Positions 46,420-56,802 are shown, counted from the stretch's first letter. The stretch: DNA of 64,000 bases from Chthonomonadales bacterium (GCA_037443035.1 JBBIPC010000001.1:128001-192000); one strand, 5' to 3'. A program made the numbers and translations. The notes: a model not told the origin generated them from the sequence alone.

Positions 46420-47205
46420 ATGCACGACTTGTCTTCACCACAGTTCGCCTTCGAGACCGAGTTCGCACTGCTCGATGTGGGGGCTACAGGGGCACTCGTT
46501 CGGTCAGGAGGCGTGCGCCCCTCCGTACTGGCCTATGATGCACAGGGTGGAGTGGACAGCGCGGTTCTCGAGTGGCCGGAGACCGACGCGCCAAGCGAGG
46601 CATTCGAGGAAGCGCGCCGATGGTTGCGGGGACTGAAGCCGGTGGCGTACGCATTCGTGGCTATCCTACGGCGCGAGGAGTCGGGGATCGTCTATCTGCG
46701 CTCGGGTGAGAAAGCTGGCGAAGGTTGCATGCTGGGCATCTGCCTCCAAGTCTCGGATGGCACGGTCGGTGGAGCACTATATCCCATCAAGAACAGCGCC
46801 GGTGGAGCCACGTTGGGTGTTCCGACTCACACAGACAGCGAATCCACCGACTGGTGCCCCATCGGTGATATCTGGTCGAACCCTTTCTGCATAGGAGACC
46901 TGGTCAGCTTGCGTCCGCCAGAGCGGGCTGTGGATCCGGAATCGCCTCTTTGGAGGGCGATTGTGGACCTGACCAAGCTACGCGTCCAGACAGATCGCTA
47001 CCGCTCACAGGAATACATGCTATTCCTCGACGACCTGCGCAACGGCATTTTCATGGTTGCGGGCCGATCGGCAGTGAATCCCGTACAGGTGGCGCTGAAG
47101 CCTAGGACCACGTACAATCCCATTGGCTATCTGGTAGTACCGGCGTCCAAGCTCATGCTCTTCGACGGACAGGACCGACCCGGCAGTGTCGGCGGTGGCT
47201 CGTGA
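46420..47205 (+). CDS. Hypothetical soluble protein (first gene of ParA module)
   Basis: Long ORF with GGGAG before ATG 46420; GTGA overlap with parA; no family recognised. Confidence 0.7.
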   Translation: MHDLSSPQFAFETEFALLDVGATGALVRSGGVRPSVLAYDAQGGVDSAVLEWPETDAPSEAFEEARRWLRGLKPVAYAFVAILRREESGIVYLRSGEKAGEGCMLGICLQVSDGTVGGALYPIKNSAGGATLGVPTHTDSESTDWCPIGDIWSNPFCIGDLVSLRPPERAVDPESPLWRAIVDLTKLRVQTDRYRSQEYMLFLDDLRNGIFMVAGRSAVNPVQVALKPRTTYNPIGYLVVPASKLMLFDGQDRPGSVGGGS

Positions 47206-47978
47206 GAATCGTAGCCGTCGTCAATCAGAAGGGCGGTGTGGCCAAGACGACGACCGTCGCGAATCTCGGTGCATGTCTCGCAGCGAGGGGCAAACGCACG
47301 CTCGTCATCGATCTTGACCCGCAGGCCAACCTGACGGTGGGCCTTGGAGTGCCCTGGTACGATCTGGACCATGCCCTTCAGGACGTCCTGATGGACCCTG
47401 AAGGCGTCCCCATGGAGACCATTGTCCGACAGATAGCCGATCTGCCACTCTACCTAGCGCCGGGGCATCTCGATCTGGCTCATACCGAGGCGGTCCTCTT
47501 GCCACACGCTGACAAGGCATATCGTCTGCGCAACGCATTGGAGGACCACATCCAGGCTACCGAATACGACTGGGTGCTCATAGACTGCCCGCCGTCCCTG
47601 GGGACGCTGACGCAGAACGCCATCGTCGCAGCCACGGATCTTCTCATCCCGACGGAGCCGAAGTATTACGCGTTCGCCGGTATGAATACGCTGAACAAGA
47701 TGATCGTGTCTCTCACACGCAGCCTTCGCTTTCGGGTCGAGCTGCTGGGCGTGCTGCTGACGATGTACGAGCGTGGAACGAGGCTCCATGCAACCATTGC
47801 CGCCGAGATCCGACAGAGGTTCGGCGACAAGGTGTTCGAGACCGTAATCTACAAGAACGTGCGCCTTTCCGAATCCGAGCTGGAGGGCAAGCCGATCATC
47901 TTATTCGACCGCCGGGCGCCCGGAGCGCAGAACTACGAGGCGCTGACGGAGGAGGTGTTGCTCCGTGCGGCAGGATAA
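47202..47978 (+). CDS. ParA/Soj family ATPase (orphan)
   Basis: NQKGGVAKTT, IDLDPQANLT, IDCPPSLG, LLTMY.R, KNVRLSE. Confidence 0.93.
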   Translation: MRIVAVVNQKGGVAKTTTVANLGACLAARGKRTLVIDLDPQANLTVGLGVPWYDLDHALQDVLMDPEGVPMETIVRQIADLPLYLAPGHLDLAHTEAVLLPHADKAYRLRNALEDHIQATEYDWVLIDCPPSLGTLTQNAIVAATDLLIPTEPKYYAFAGMNTLNKMIVSLTRSLRFRVELLGVLLTMYERGTRLHATIAAEIRQRFGDKVFETVIYKNVRLSESELEGKPIILFDRRAPGAQNYEALTEEVLLRAAG

Positions 47979-48516
47979 GTCCGACGCTTTACGGGAGAAG
48001 CTTCGGCGCGGTACCGAAGAGTTCGACTTCGACGCCCTATTGCAGGGGGTGTCTACAGTAGACGAGCCTTCAGCAGCACCCGCGACAGTCGCATTACCAT
48101 CAGCTGATCAGCTTGGCGCACCGCGCGGGGGGGTTGAAGGGCTACAGAGCACAACGCCGGATCAGCAGGACCGCGAGCGGCTGAGAACTGCGCTGGAGCA
48201 CCTTGGTGGACGCCTGTTAGAAGAAAGCGGCAAGTTTCGCGCGGCGCTCGCGTCCTACGATGCTCAGGAGGCAGGCTACTACCTGGCGCGGCTCAATCAG
48301 GTGCTAGAACTGCTACATTCGGTGGATCCTGGCGGGGAGACTGCCCGCCGCCTGTCGCTTCCTGCGGCACCGCCACCCGGGCGATCATGGCCGGCCGCAT
48401 GCTGGACGCTCTACGAGCTGGCGGAGTCGCCACTGAGTGGGCTATTTCCTGGCGATGCTGATGACCAGTTCGCAGCGGAAGTGGTAGAAGCGGCGGTGGT
48501 CTCTACAGAAGCGTAA
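47965..48516 (+). CDS. Hypothetical protein, putative ParA partner
   Basis: GGAGGAGG SD, overlaps parA; basic N-terminal peptide, low-complexity linker, helical C-terminal domain. Confidence 0.7.
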   Translation: MRQDKSDALREKLRRGTEEFDFDALLQGVSTVDEPSAAPATVALPSADQLGAPRGGVEGLQSTTPDQQDRERLRTALEHLGGRLLEESGKFRAALASYDAQEAGYYLARLNQVLELLHSVDPGGETARRLSLPAAPPPGRSWPAACWTLYELAESPLSGLFPGDADDQFAAEVVEAAVVSTEA

Positions 48517-48533
48517 CCAGGCAAGAGAGACCG

Positions 48534-49772
48534 CTAGGCTGCCCCGCCCGACCTGGCCCTTGCATGGGCAATGTGACGCAGGTCTGTGATGGCAGTCTGC
48601 AAACGCACGAAGGCGTCGAACACGGAGCCGTACGCGCTGAAGTACCTGTGAACGTCCTGATCACTGAATGACTTGGTGGCCATGTAGTAGAGATGATCTG
48701 ATGTCTGCATGCGCCTCCAACAGTCGAGGAGTTCGGGGTCGCCAGTCGCCTTGATCTCGTGCTCCAGGCGGCGCAACTCTTCGTAACAGAACCGTTGCAT
48801 CTCGTTACCGAGCCATGCCGACGTGTCTCGCTCCATGTCGGCCCACGAGATGGTCTCGAAATCTCCAACGTCTACCGTACCGATAATTGGCAGGCGCCGC
48901 ACCGCATCCGTGGGCGTGACGAATTCCAGATATGGGTGGCGTCGCACGGCTTCGGGTAGGGCACGAAGGAAGTCGAAAATGCCAGTATCTGCCCACATGT
49001 GTTCGCCGATGGCTTCGTAGTCAAGGGCAAGGAGGATATGCATGTCGGTATCCTGGGCCAGCCACGCTGCGAACTGCTCGGCGCGAAGAGGCCAGCCTTC
49101 CCAGTTACGGTTGCTGAACCTGTAGCCAACATCATCGGACAAACGGTAGTTTCGCAGCAAGACGGGCAATCCACATGGGGCGGCGTACACGAAGTCGGGC
49201 GACCGCCAGCCTTCGAGGACCTTGTCCGTGCCTTCCGTGAGCATCCCCTCGAAGCCCATGCTCTGAACAGTTGCGGCGATGCTACTGTTGTACAGACACT
49301 CCGTGTTGCGAAAGAACGTGGGGCGCATGCCGAAGAGCTGCTCCATCCGTTTCGAGTGTAGGGCGACCTGCTCCCGAAACTCCTCGCGTTTGGCGTCGAA
49401 CAGCCCCGATAGGGAGTGGTAATACGTTTCGCCTACGAACTCTACACAGCCAGTGGCCGCCAGCGACTGGAAGATCTCGAGCACGTCTGGCCCGAACCGC
49501 TCCATCTGTTCCACCAGCGTGCCAGAAAGCCCGAATGAAACCTTGAATGGCTTGGTGTCGGCGGCATTGGCCTGCACGAGGTCGAGAAGGAGGTGCGTCG
49601 CGGGACGGTAGCATTTCTCTGCCACCTTCTCGAAGACCTCGCGGTTGAGGGCTTCATCGAATAGTCGGGGGAAGAGAGGGCTTGTAGCGTCCCGGATCAG
49701 ATCGCGTCGGCTATCGTATGGAAGTAACCTGTCGGGCTGATGAGCGAAGAAGTAGAGACTGACTAGTGGCAT
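48534..49772 (-). CDS. Glycoside hydrolase family 57 (alpha-amylase-like)
   Basis: AHQP, KCYRP, ETYYHSL, FRNTE, DYEAIGEH, SWADMERD, QTSDHLYYM. Confidence 0.93.
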   Translation of the reverse strand: MPLVSLYFFAHQPDRLLPYDSRRDLIRDATSPLFPRLFDEALNREVFEKVAEKCYRPATHLLLDLVQANAADTKPFKVSFGLSGTLVEQMERFGPDVLEIFQSLAATGCVEFVGETYYHSLSGLFDAKREEFREQVALHSKRMEQLFGMRPTFFRNTECLYNSSIAATVQSMGFEGMLTEGTDKVLEGWRSPDFVYAAPCGLPVLLRNYRLSDDVGYRFSNRNWEGWPLRAEQFAAWLAQDTDMHILLALDYEAIGEHMWADTGIFDFLRALPEAVRRHPYLEFVTPTDAVRRLPIIGTVDVGDFETISWADMERDTSAWLGNEMQRFCYEELRRLEHEIKATGDPELLDCWRRMQTSDHLYYMATKSFSDQDVHRYFSAYGSVFDAFVRLQTAITDLRHIAHARARSGGAA

Positions 49773-49788
49773 GCGGGAATCCTTGGGG

Positions 49789-49872
49789 CGGAGAGGGCGG
49801 GATTCGAACCCGCGAGGCTCATCGCCTGCCCGTTTTCAAGACGGGTTCCTTAAACCACTCGGACACCTCTCC
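49789..49872 (-). tRNA. tRNA-Ser(UGA)
   Basis: GGAGAGGTGTCCGAGTGGTTTAAGGAACCCGTC-TTGAAA-ACGGG, long variable arm, GGTTCGAATCC, CCTCTCCG; CCA not encoded. Confidence 0.95.
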
Positions 49873-49885
49873 GCACTGCAGGGAC

Positions 49886-49914
49886 AGTATAGCGGAAACC
49901 CACTTGGACGTCAA
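49886..49914 (-). promoter_or_regulatory. sigma70 promoter for tRNA-Ser (and probably GH57)
   Basis: Minus strand TTGACG (49914-49909), 17 bp, TATACT (49891-49886). Confidence 0.8.
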
Positions 49915-49988
49915 CCACCTGGCGTCGAGGGGTCGGGACCGGGGGGCGTGAGGTACACTTCACGAAAGCTACATCAGGATGACGTTCT

Positions 49989-51098
49989 ATGAATCGCTCA
50001 CTGGTGCCGGCTCCCGAGCCGGCTCCTTATGTTACCGATCTGGTGCCCTACCAGCCCGGTAAGCCGATCGCCGAAGTCCGGAGAGAGCTCGGGCTGTCGG
50101 AAGTGGTCAAACTCGCGTCGAACGAAAACGCTCTCGGACCGTCCCCAATGGCGCTCGATGCGATTGTTGCGGCAGCTCGTGATGTTCATCTATACCCGGA
50201 GGGCGCATGCCCGGACCTTCGCCATGCGCTCGCCCGGAGTCTTGGCGTACAGGAGGGTGAGCTCGTCTTCGGAAACGGATCGGATGAGCTGATCCACCTT
50301 CTCGGTCTAGCATATCTTCAGCCTGGCGACGAAGTCCTTCAAGCGGTCCCGACGTTTGTGCGCTACGAGGCTGCCGCCATCCTGAATCGGGCTCGCTGTG
50401 TAAGCGTGCCGTTGTGCGAATGGGCCTATGACGTGGATGTGCTCTTGGCTGCGGTGACGCACGAGACGCGCATCGTGTTCATCGCGAATCCGAACAACCC
50501 AACCGGTAGCTACTTGGCGCGAAAGGACACCGAACGCCTCCTCGACAACGTCAGCGAGCGTTGCATCGTGTGCTTCGACGAGGCGTACTACGAGTACGTA
50601 GATGCGCGAGACTATCCTGATACGCTGGAATACGTGCGGTCACGCCAGAACGTGGTTGTGCTGAGGACCTTCTCGAAGATCTACGGCTTGGCCGGCCTAC
50701 GGATCGGATACGGCATCGCCCGTCCGGAGATCGTCGCGGCCTTGGAGCGAGTGCGTGAGCCGTTCAACGTTAACAGCCTTGCCCAGGCGGCTGCACGCGC
50801 TGCCCTGGACGACGCAAAGCACGTGCAGCGCTCCCGCGAGATGACAGTGGTCGGTAGGTCGTTCCTGACGGAGCGGCTGGCGGGACTCGGACTGCGCGTG
50901 TATCCATCGCAAGGGAACTTTCTGTGGGTGGATACTGGCAGGGACTGTCGCGCTCTGTTCCAGGCCCTCTTGCGTCTGGGCGTCATTGTGCGGGCGGGGG
51001 ACATTTTCGGCGCTCCCACATTCTTGCGCATAACGGTCGGCCAACCCCGCGAGAACGAGAGGCTTGTCCACGCGCTCAAGGAGGTTCTACAAGCATGA
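49989..51098 (+). CDS. hisC: Histidinol-phosphate aminotransferase
   Basis: YQPGKP, KLASNEN, GNGSDE, NPNNPTG, DEAYYEY, RTFSKIYGLAGLRIGY. Confidence 0.95.
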   Translation: MNRSLVPAPEPAPYVTDLVPYQPGKPIAEVRRELGLSEVVKLASNENALGPSPMALDAIVAAARDVHLYPEGACPDLRHALARSLGVQEGELVFGNGSDELIHLLGLAYLQPGDEVLQAVPTFVRYEAAAILNRARCVSVPLCEWAYDVDVLLAAVTHETRIVFIANPNNPTGSYLARKDTERLLDNVSERCIVCFDEAYYEYVDARDYPDTLEYVRSRQNVVVLRTFSKIYGLAGLRIGYGIARPEIVAALERVREPFNVNSLAQAAARAALDDAKHVQRSREMTVVGRSFLTERLAGLGLRVYPSQGNFLWVDTGRDCRALFQALLRLGVIVRAGDIFGAPTFLRITVGQPRENERLVHALKEVLQA

Positions 51099-52120
51099 TC
51101 ATCGTCATGGCGCCCGACGCAACACCCGAGCAGATTCAGGACGTCGAAGACCGAATCCGCGAATGGGGCTACGGCATACATCCGATATACGGTACGGAGC
51201 GCACAGTGATCGGGGCTGTAGGCGTTCCTGAGGCAGATAAGGCTGTCTATCTGGAGCAGCTCGAACGCCTGCCGTATGTGGAGCGGGCCATTGCCATCAT
51301 CCGCCCCTACAAGTTCGTAAGCCGGGAGTTTCAGAAGGAAACGACGCAGATACGCGTGGGGGATATTGTCATCGGCGGGTCGGAGATCGTCATGATGGCT
51401 GGGCCGTGTACTGTGGAGAACTACGAACTGACGCTGCAGACGGCAAGAGCGATTCGTGCGATGGGTGTTCGTGTGTTACGAGGTGGCGCATTCAAGCCGT
51501 GCACATCGCCATATTCGTTTCAAGGCTTGGGAGTGGAAGGGCTGCGGATCCTGCGGGACGTAGCGACCGAAACGGGCATGACGGTGATCACAGAAGTCAT
51601 GGACCCGCGGAACGTCGAGCTGGTCTCCGAGTACGCAGATATCCTTCAAGTCGGCACGCGGAACATGCAGAACTACGACCTCTTGCGCGAGGTTGGACGA
51701 GGCGCGCGGCCCGTTCTGCTCAAGCGTGGCATGTGGGCGAAGATCGAGGAATGGCTGCAGGCTGCCGAGTACGTCTTCCTCGGGGGTAACCACAGTATCA
51801 TGCTCTGCGAGCGAGGTATCCGTACTTTCGAGACACACACGCGTAACACGCTGGACCTCTCTGCGGTTGCTGCCGTCCAGGAACTATCGCATCTGCCCGT
51901 CATCGTAGACCCCAGCCAGGGCACGGGCCGGTGGAGCCTTGTGCCCGTGATGGCACGAGCTGCTGTTGCAGCCGGTGCGGATGGGCTGCTAGTGGAAGTA
52001 CACCCCGAGCCAGACAAGGCCATCAAGGATGGCGCGCAGTCGGTGACCCATGAAGGCTTCGAGCGCCTCCTGAAGATGTGTCGGCCAGTGGCGGAGGCCA
52101 TCGGGAGGTCCCTTGCATGA
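51095..52120 (+). CDS. aroF: DAHP synthase type I-beta with N-terminal regulatory domain
   Basis: MIIVM...GTERTVIG, MAGPC, RGGAFKP.TSPYSFQGLG, LLKRG, CERGIRTFE. Confidence 0.93.
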   Translation: MIIVMAPDATPEQIQDVEDRIREWGYGIHPIYGTERTVIGAVGVPEADKAVYLEQLERLPYVERAIAIIRPYKFVSREFQKETTQIRVGDIVIGGSEIVMMAGPCTVENYELTLQTARAIRAMGVRVLRGGAFKPCTSPYSFQGLGVEGLRILRDVATETGMTVITEVMDPRNVELVSEYADILQVGTRNMQNYDLLREVGRGARPVLLKRGMWAKIEEWLQAAEYVFLGGNHSIMLCERGIRTFETHTRNTLDLSAVAAVQELSHLPVIVDPSQGTGRWSLVPVMARAAVAAGADGLLVEVHPEPDKAIKDGAQSVTHEGFERLLKMCRPVAEAIGRSLA

Positions 52121-52953
52121 GCCATCGCTTGCCTCTGCCGGTGAATCGAGCCGGTGGTCCTGCTCTGAAAGTGGGTTGCTGTGCATACTCCTACCGCGAC
52201 TACCTGACAGGCTCTCCTCCACGCATGACACTAGAGGGCTTTCTCGAGCGCTGTGCCGAGCTGGAATGCGACGGTGTGGAGCTGACGTCGTACTACTTCC
52301 CGACGCCCATCACGCCCGGTTACCTGCGCAGAGTGGCTCGACGATGCTTCGTATTGGGACTGGAGGTGGCCGGCACGGCAGTAGGCAACACGTTCACCGT
52401 GCCGCCGGGTCCTGCGCGTCAGGCACAGTTGAACCTTGTTCGCCTGTGGGTGGATCTATCCGTTGATCTTGGTGCGCGCTGTCTGCGCGTCTTCGCGGGA
52501 CCCGTGCCTTCTGAAGGGAGCGCGCGTACCGGCCGCAGATGGGTTTCGGAGTGCCTCGAGGAGTGCGTTGCTTACTCTGCGGAACGAGGTGTTGTACTCG
52601 CTCTGGAGAACCACGGCGGCGTCGTGGAACGACCGGAAGGGCTACTGGAGATACTGGGGCGCGTCCGGAGCGAGTGGCTCGGAGCGAAGCTCGACACGGG
52701 CAATTTCGACTCCTCGGATCCTTACGCCGATCTCGCACAATGCGCTCCATACGCCGTCTCTACCCACATCAAGACGGAGCTGCGGCGGAACGGACTCGTA
52801 GAAAAGGCGGACATCGGCGCCATTGCCGAGATCCTTCGACGGGCAGGTTATCGCGGCTACATGAACCTGGAGTACGAAGCTGCCGAGGACGCGGCTACCG
52901 CCGTACCAAGAGCAATTGCAGCCATGCGCGCCGCAGCGAAGACCGCTTTCTAG
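52117..52953 (+). CDS. Sugar phosphate isomerase/epimerase (TIM barrel)
   Basis: DGVELTSYY, LALENHGG, LDTGNF, THIK, YRGYMNLEYE. Confidence 0.85.
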   Translation: MSHRLPLPVNRAGGPALKVGCCAYSYRDYLTGSPPRMTLEGFLERCAELECDGVELTSYYFPTPITPGYLRRVARRCFVLGLEVAGTAVGNTFTVPPGPARQAQLNLVRLWVDLSVDLGARCLRVFAGPVPSEGSARTGRRWVSECLEECVAYSAERGVVLALENHGGVVERPEGLLEILGRVRSEWLGAKLDTGNFDSSDPYADLAQCAPYAVSTHIKTELRRNGLVEKADIGAIAEILRRAGYRGYMNLEYEAAEDAATAVPRAIAAMRAAAKTAF

Positions 52954-52996
52954 AACGTCCTTCCTCGTTCTGTCACAGAGCGAGACGGCGAGTTGG

Positions 52997-54361
52997 TTAG
53001 ACGGGGCGCTTCCGTACGGTAGTACCGGAGGGGCCGTCGCCGACCTCGTAACCCATCTGGATGAGCATGTCGCGGATCTGGTCGCTCTCCGACCAGTTCC
53101 GTGCTCGCCTGGCCTCGTTTCGGCGCTCCACCAGGCGCATGACTTCCTCCGGCAGCTCCTCCTCGGATGCGCCAGCACGTGCCTGGATGTCCAAGCCAAG
53201 AATCCTATCGAACTCCACCCAGAGCCGGTGACTGCCATAGCGATTGAGCAGACCCACGACCTGCGGGACATTCAAGTCGTTGTTCAGCGCGTCCAGCACC
53301 TCAGCATGCGCGTCTTGATAGGCCCCATCGTCAGCCAGGGGATCTGGATCGGGACGAGTGCTGTATACCCGTCGCAATCCCTGCTGGGCGGCATCCAGCG
53401 CCTGCCACGTGAAGCGTAGCTCCGAACGGTAGTGGGCCTGAAGGCATAGATAGCGATAGGACAGTGGGTCATACCCACGATCAGCCAATGTCTGGAGAGT
53501 GAGAAAGTTCTCGGCAGACTTGGACATCTTCTCGGAGCCGATGAGGAGCCACTCACCATGGAGCCAGTAGCGCACGAACGGCTGTCCCGTCGCGCCCTCG
53601 CTCTGAGCGATTTCGTTCGTATGGTGCACGGGAATGTGGTCCACACCGCCGCAGTGGATGTCGAACGTAGCGCCTAGGTACTTCATGCTCATGGCAGAGC
53701 ACTCGATATGCCAGCCAGGATATCCTCGGCCCCAGGGACTTTCCCACTGCATGATGTGGCGAGGGCGATTCATGAACCACAGCGCAAAGTCGTTGGGATG
53801 ACGCTTCGTCTCGTGTTGTCCCACGCGCCCTCCGGCACCTGCCTGCAGACCTCGGAGATCAAGACGAGCCAACCGCGCGTAGTTTGGGAACTTGCTCGTG
53901 TCGTAGTACACTGCGTCGGGTGTCACGTAGGCTAGTCCACGGTCCACGAGCTTCTCGACAAGCGCGATCATGTCCGCAATGTGCTCCGTGGCTCGGCAGA
54001 TGACTTCAGGGCGCTCGATGTTCAACGCGGCCATATCGCGGAGCCATGCGTCCTCGTATTTCCGAGCGAGCTGCCACACATCCAGCCCTTCGCGGCGAGC
54101 TCCCATCTCCATCTTGTCCTCGCCTTCGTCAGCATCGGACTCCAGATGACCGACGTCGGTGATGTTCATCACGTGGAAAGGCACGAAGCCGTTGTAGCGC
54201 AATGTCCGACGCAGGACGTCCTCGAAAATGTAGGTCCGGAGATTGCCAATGTGGGCGTAGTTGTAGACGGTAGGCCCGCAGCAGTACATGCCAGCCTTGC
54301 CGGGTTCGAGCGGGATGAAGTCCTCTACTGTTCGCGATAGGGTGTTGTACAGACGGAGCAT
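52997..54361 (-). CDS. cysS: Cysteine--tRNA ligase
   Basis: LYNTLSR, CGPTVYNYAHIGN, PGWHIECSAM, DIHCGGVDH, KMSKS. Confidence 0.97.
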   Translation of the reverse strand: MLRLYNTLSRTVEDFIPLEPGKAGMYCCGPTVYNYAHIGNLRTYIFEDVLRRTLRYNGFVPFHVMNITDVGHLESDADEGEDKMEMGARREGLDVWQLARKYEDAWLRDMAALNIERPEVICRATEHIADMIALVEKLVDRGLAYVTPDAVYYDTSKFPNYARLARLDLRGLQAGAGGRVGQHETKRHPNDFALWFMNRPRHIMQWESPWGRGYPGWHIECSAMSMKYLGATFDIHCGGVDHIPVHHTNEIAQSEGATGQPFVRYWLHGEWLLIGSEKMSKSAENFLTLQTLADRGYDPLSYRYLCLQAHYRSELRFTWQALDAAQQGLRRVYSTRPDPDPLADDGAYQDAHAEVLDALNNDLNVPQVVGLLNRYGSHRLWVEFDRILGLDIQARAGASEEELPEEVMRLVERRNEARRARNWSESDQIRDMLIQMGYEVGDGPSGTTVRKRPV

Positions 54362-54366
54362 GCGCT

Positions 54367-55260
54367 TCACCTCTCCTTGCACTGCGGGCTGCGTAAGGTG
54401 CGTCTCTGAAATGCGTATACGTACTGCTGCGCCCAGCCGGAATACGGTCCCATGATACCGCGGAATGCGTCGGCTAGAGATTCGTACGTGCGCGAGGTCA
54501 TGCTCCGAGCAGCCAAAGATGGTACGAGGCGCGATGTGATGTAGCGCCTAAGGTGAGTATCCACGGGCACCGCGTCATCGTGTCCGAAGCCGAAGAGGCG
54601 GATGCAGTCAGCCACCTTAGGGCCCACCCCTGGCAGACGCATGAGACTGGCCCTAACCTTCGCACGAGGCAGCCCTGCAAGGGACGTGAAATCGAGTCCG
54701 AGACGGCTGAGTTGCACTAGGTATCTGGCGCGGTATCCGAAGCCCAGTTTCCTCAAGTCGTCTTCTGACAGCAGGGTCAGCGTCGTTAGCCTTGGGTGAA
54801 GCCGCTGACTATCCGCCCAGGGGCATGCACATTCTGTGCCAACCGCCCCGGCCAGTCGCCGAATCATGCCCTGGATGCGCTCGACGTTGTTGCACGACGA
54901 ACAGACGAAATCGATGAGGGTCGTCTCCGGGTTCTGGCGTAGGATCCGCAGCCCCGGGCATGCCGCGATATAGGCGTTGAATCCAGGGTCTCGTTCGGTC
55001 CAATCGGCGTAGAGACCGGCTAAGTCCACATCGAGAGCGAAGAAACGTTCCAGCATGTCCCAGCGGTCGGTGGGCCAAGTTGCCCACCAGAACCCATCAT
55101 CGTGTGGCTCGAGCCATGCGAGGAATGACTCCGTAGCAAGGATGTAGCGACCCGACTCCGTCCGGTTCCAAAGGAACGTCTGGCCGCTCGTGAGGCACGC
55201 TTCAATGTTCAGGACGGAGGACGGGATGGAGGCCCAGTGCCGTCGGTCAGGTCGGGGCAC
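54367..55260 (-). CDS. 8-oxoguanine DNA glycosylase (OGG1/HhH-GPD family)
   Basis: SGQTF.W, GLRILRQ, SSCNNVERI, GFGYRA, LPGVGPKVADC, PVDTH, GWAQQY; start GTG 55260 uncertain. Confidence 0.88.
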   Translation of the reverse strand: MPRPDRRHWASIPSSVLNIEACLTSGQTFLWNRTESGRYILATESFLAWLEPHDDGFWWATWPTDRWDMLERFFALDVDLAGLYADWTERDPGFNAYIAACPGLRILRQNPETTLIDFVCSSCNNVERIQGMIRRLAGAVGTECACPWADSQRLHPRLTTLTLLSEDDLRKLGFGYRARYLVQLSRLGLDFTSLAGLPRAKVRASLMRLPGVGPKVADCIRLFGFGHDDAVPVDTHLRRYITSRLVPSLAARSMTSRTYESLADAFRGIMGPYSGWAQQYVYAFQRRTLRSPQCKER

Positions 55261-55264
55261 AGGA

Positions 55265-56341
55265 CTACTGCATTGGTGAGGGCGTTGGCGCGGCGTTAGC
55301 CCACGCCGGTGTCCAACGCCACAGGCTGAAGACTCGGCGCGCTTCCGCTGCAGTTCCGGGCGTCGTGTTCGCGGCCACGGCACTTCTTGTGGCTCTGGCG
55401 CGCACGAGTGTATGGTAGGGCACACCGCTGCCAGCCGCGCGGATGACGACCTCGACCGCCTGAACGTCCGCGTCGCCCTGCAGGATCTGCTGTACTGCGT
55501 GGAGCGTGTCCCGGACTATCTGATCCTGTGTCGGAGGGGCCCCGCCGAAGTCCCCATAGGCGAATAGCATGGCCGTTCGCCCAGTGCCTGTCAAGACGAC
55601 GGCATGTTGCATTGTAGGAAGAGTCCACGGGCGAGTCTCGACGAGAAGCTGCTCGAGATGGACTTCCCGATCCAGGAGCGTCTCATCTCCACCCACGCCT
55701 TCGTCTTCTGCTGCCTCCGTCTGGTCTGTCATGATCTCACCCGGCAGCAAGCCCGCTCGTGTCTTACGTCCATCCGTAAGAGGACTCGCTGCTGTCGCGG
55801 CTACAGGCTGGCTGGCACGAGCGACGGTGGTACCGTGGAGCCGGCGAGCGCGAGTGCGGTTGACAAGGATCGCCGCCACGGCGCCAAGCACGCACATGGC
55901 GAGAATGACTGCGAGCCATCGCACGACGATGGACGAGCGGGCTCGCGCCTCTCGGTCTTCTTCCTCGTCAGTGGGGCCACCTTGCGCTGCTCTCAGGCGA
56001 TTCGCACGGTTCAGCTTCTCGCGATCCGGACGGCTATGGGGGTTGAGATCCAGTGCTAGCTGGTACCACTGTCGCGCGTCATCGAGGCGTCCCTGGTCCA
56101 TGTAAATGTCTCCGAGGAGCGAGTGTGCGTGCACATTGTTGGGGTCGGCACGCAGCACCTCGATGCAACGGCGTTCTGCTTCCTCGAATGCCCCCCTCAC
56201 GCGCAGGAGATTGGCGGCCGCCAACGCTACCTCTAGGTTGCGGCCTTCGGTTTGGGAGGGCTGACTGTTCAGTTCAGTGCCGCAGGAGGAGCAGAATAGG
56301 GCATCTTCCGGCATCAGAGCTTTGCAGGCCGGGCACTTCAT
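55265..56341 (-). CDS. Zinc-ribbon + TPR + TM protein
   Basis: CPAC...CSSCG, TPR repeats ([11 protein letters not shown]...A..WY..AL..NP), central TM helix. Confidence 0.8.
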   Translation of the reverse strand: MKCPACKALMPEDALFCSSCGTELNSQPSQTEGRNLEVALAAANLLRVRGAFEEAERRCIEVLRADPNNVHAHSLLGDIYMDQGRLDDARQWYQLALDLNPHSRPDREKLNRANRLRAAQGGPTDEEEDREARARSSIVVRWLAVILAMCVLGAVAAILVNRTRARRLHGTTVARASQPVAATAASPLTDGRKTRAGLLPGEIMTDQTEAAEDEGVGGDETLLDREVHLEQLLVETRPWTLPTMQHAVVLTGTGRTAMLFAYGDFGGAPPTQDQIVRDTLHAVQQILQGDADVQAVEVVIRAAGSGVPYHTLVRARATRSAVAANTTPGTAAEARRVFSLWRWTPAWANAAPTPSPMQ

Positions 56342-56802
56342 GGTGCCTTTTCTCCTGTACCCGTATGGCCAAACCCACCGGCACCGCGCTGCGTCTCTGG
56401 CAGCGCATCCTGCTCCAGCCAGGCGGCCTGAGCAACTGGTGCAATGATGAGCTGAGCAATGCGGTCGCCTCGGCGAAGCGTGAACGGTTCCTGTCCGAGA
56501 TTGACGAGGATTACCTGGATCTCTCCTCGGTAGTCCGCGTCAATAGTGCCGGGGGCGTTGACCATCCCGATGCCATGTCGCAACGCAAGACCGCTGCGCG
56601 GGCGCACCTGTCCTTCGTAGCCTGGCGGGATGGCTATGCAGAACCCGGTCGGCACGGCGGCCCGCTCGCCTGGAAGGAGCGTCAGAGGACCAACGATGGC
56701 AGCAGGCAGGTCCACCCCCGCGGCCAGAGGGGTTGCATACTCCGGCAACGGCAGCCCCTCCGCATGGGGTAAGCGGCGGATGGCGATGCGTAGGCTGTTC
56801 AC
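56338..56802 (-). CDS. dut: dUTP diphosphatase
   Basis: [41 protein letters not shown]. Confidence 0.97.
   Translation of the reverse strand: MNSLRIAIRRLPHAEGLPLPEYATPLAAGVDLPAAIVGPLTLLPGERAAVPTGFCIAIPPGYEGQVRPRSGLALRHGIGMVNAPGTIDADYRGEIQVILVNLGQEPFTLRRGDRIAQLIIAPVAQAAWLEQDALPETQRGAGGFGHTGTGEKAP

Noticed and set aside
49789..49872. Selenocysteine or suppressor tRNA
   Set aside because: Anticodon reads UGA (decodes UCA, Ser), not UCA; normal 7-bp acceptor stem
46420..49872. Genomic island integrated at tRNA-Ser carrying ParA
   Set aside because: No integrase and no duplicated tRNA 3' end noticed; composition looks like the flanks
49766..49992. Short plus-strand ORFs at 49766-49951 and 49771-49992
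   Set aside because: They are antisense translations of tRNA-Ser and its promoter
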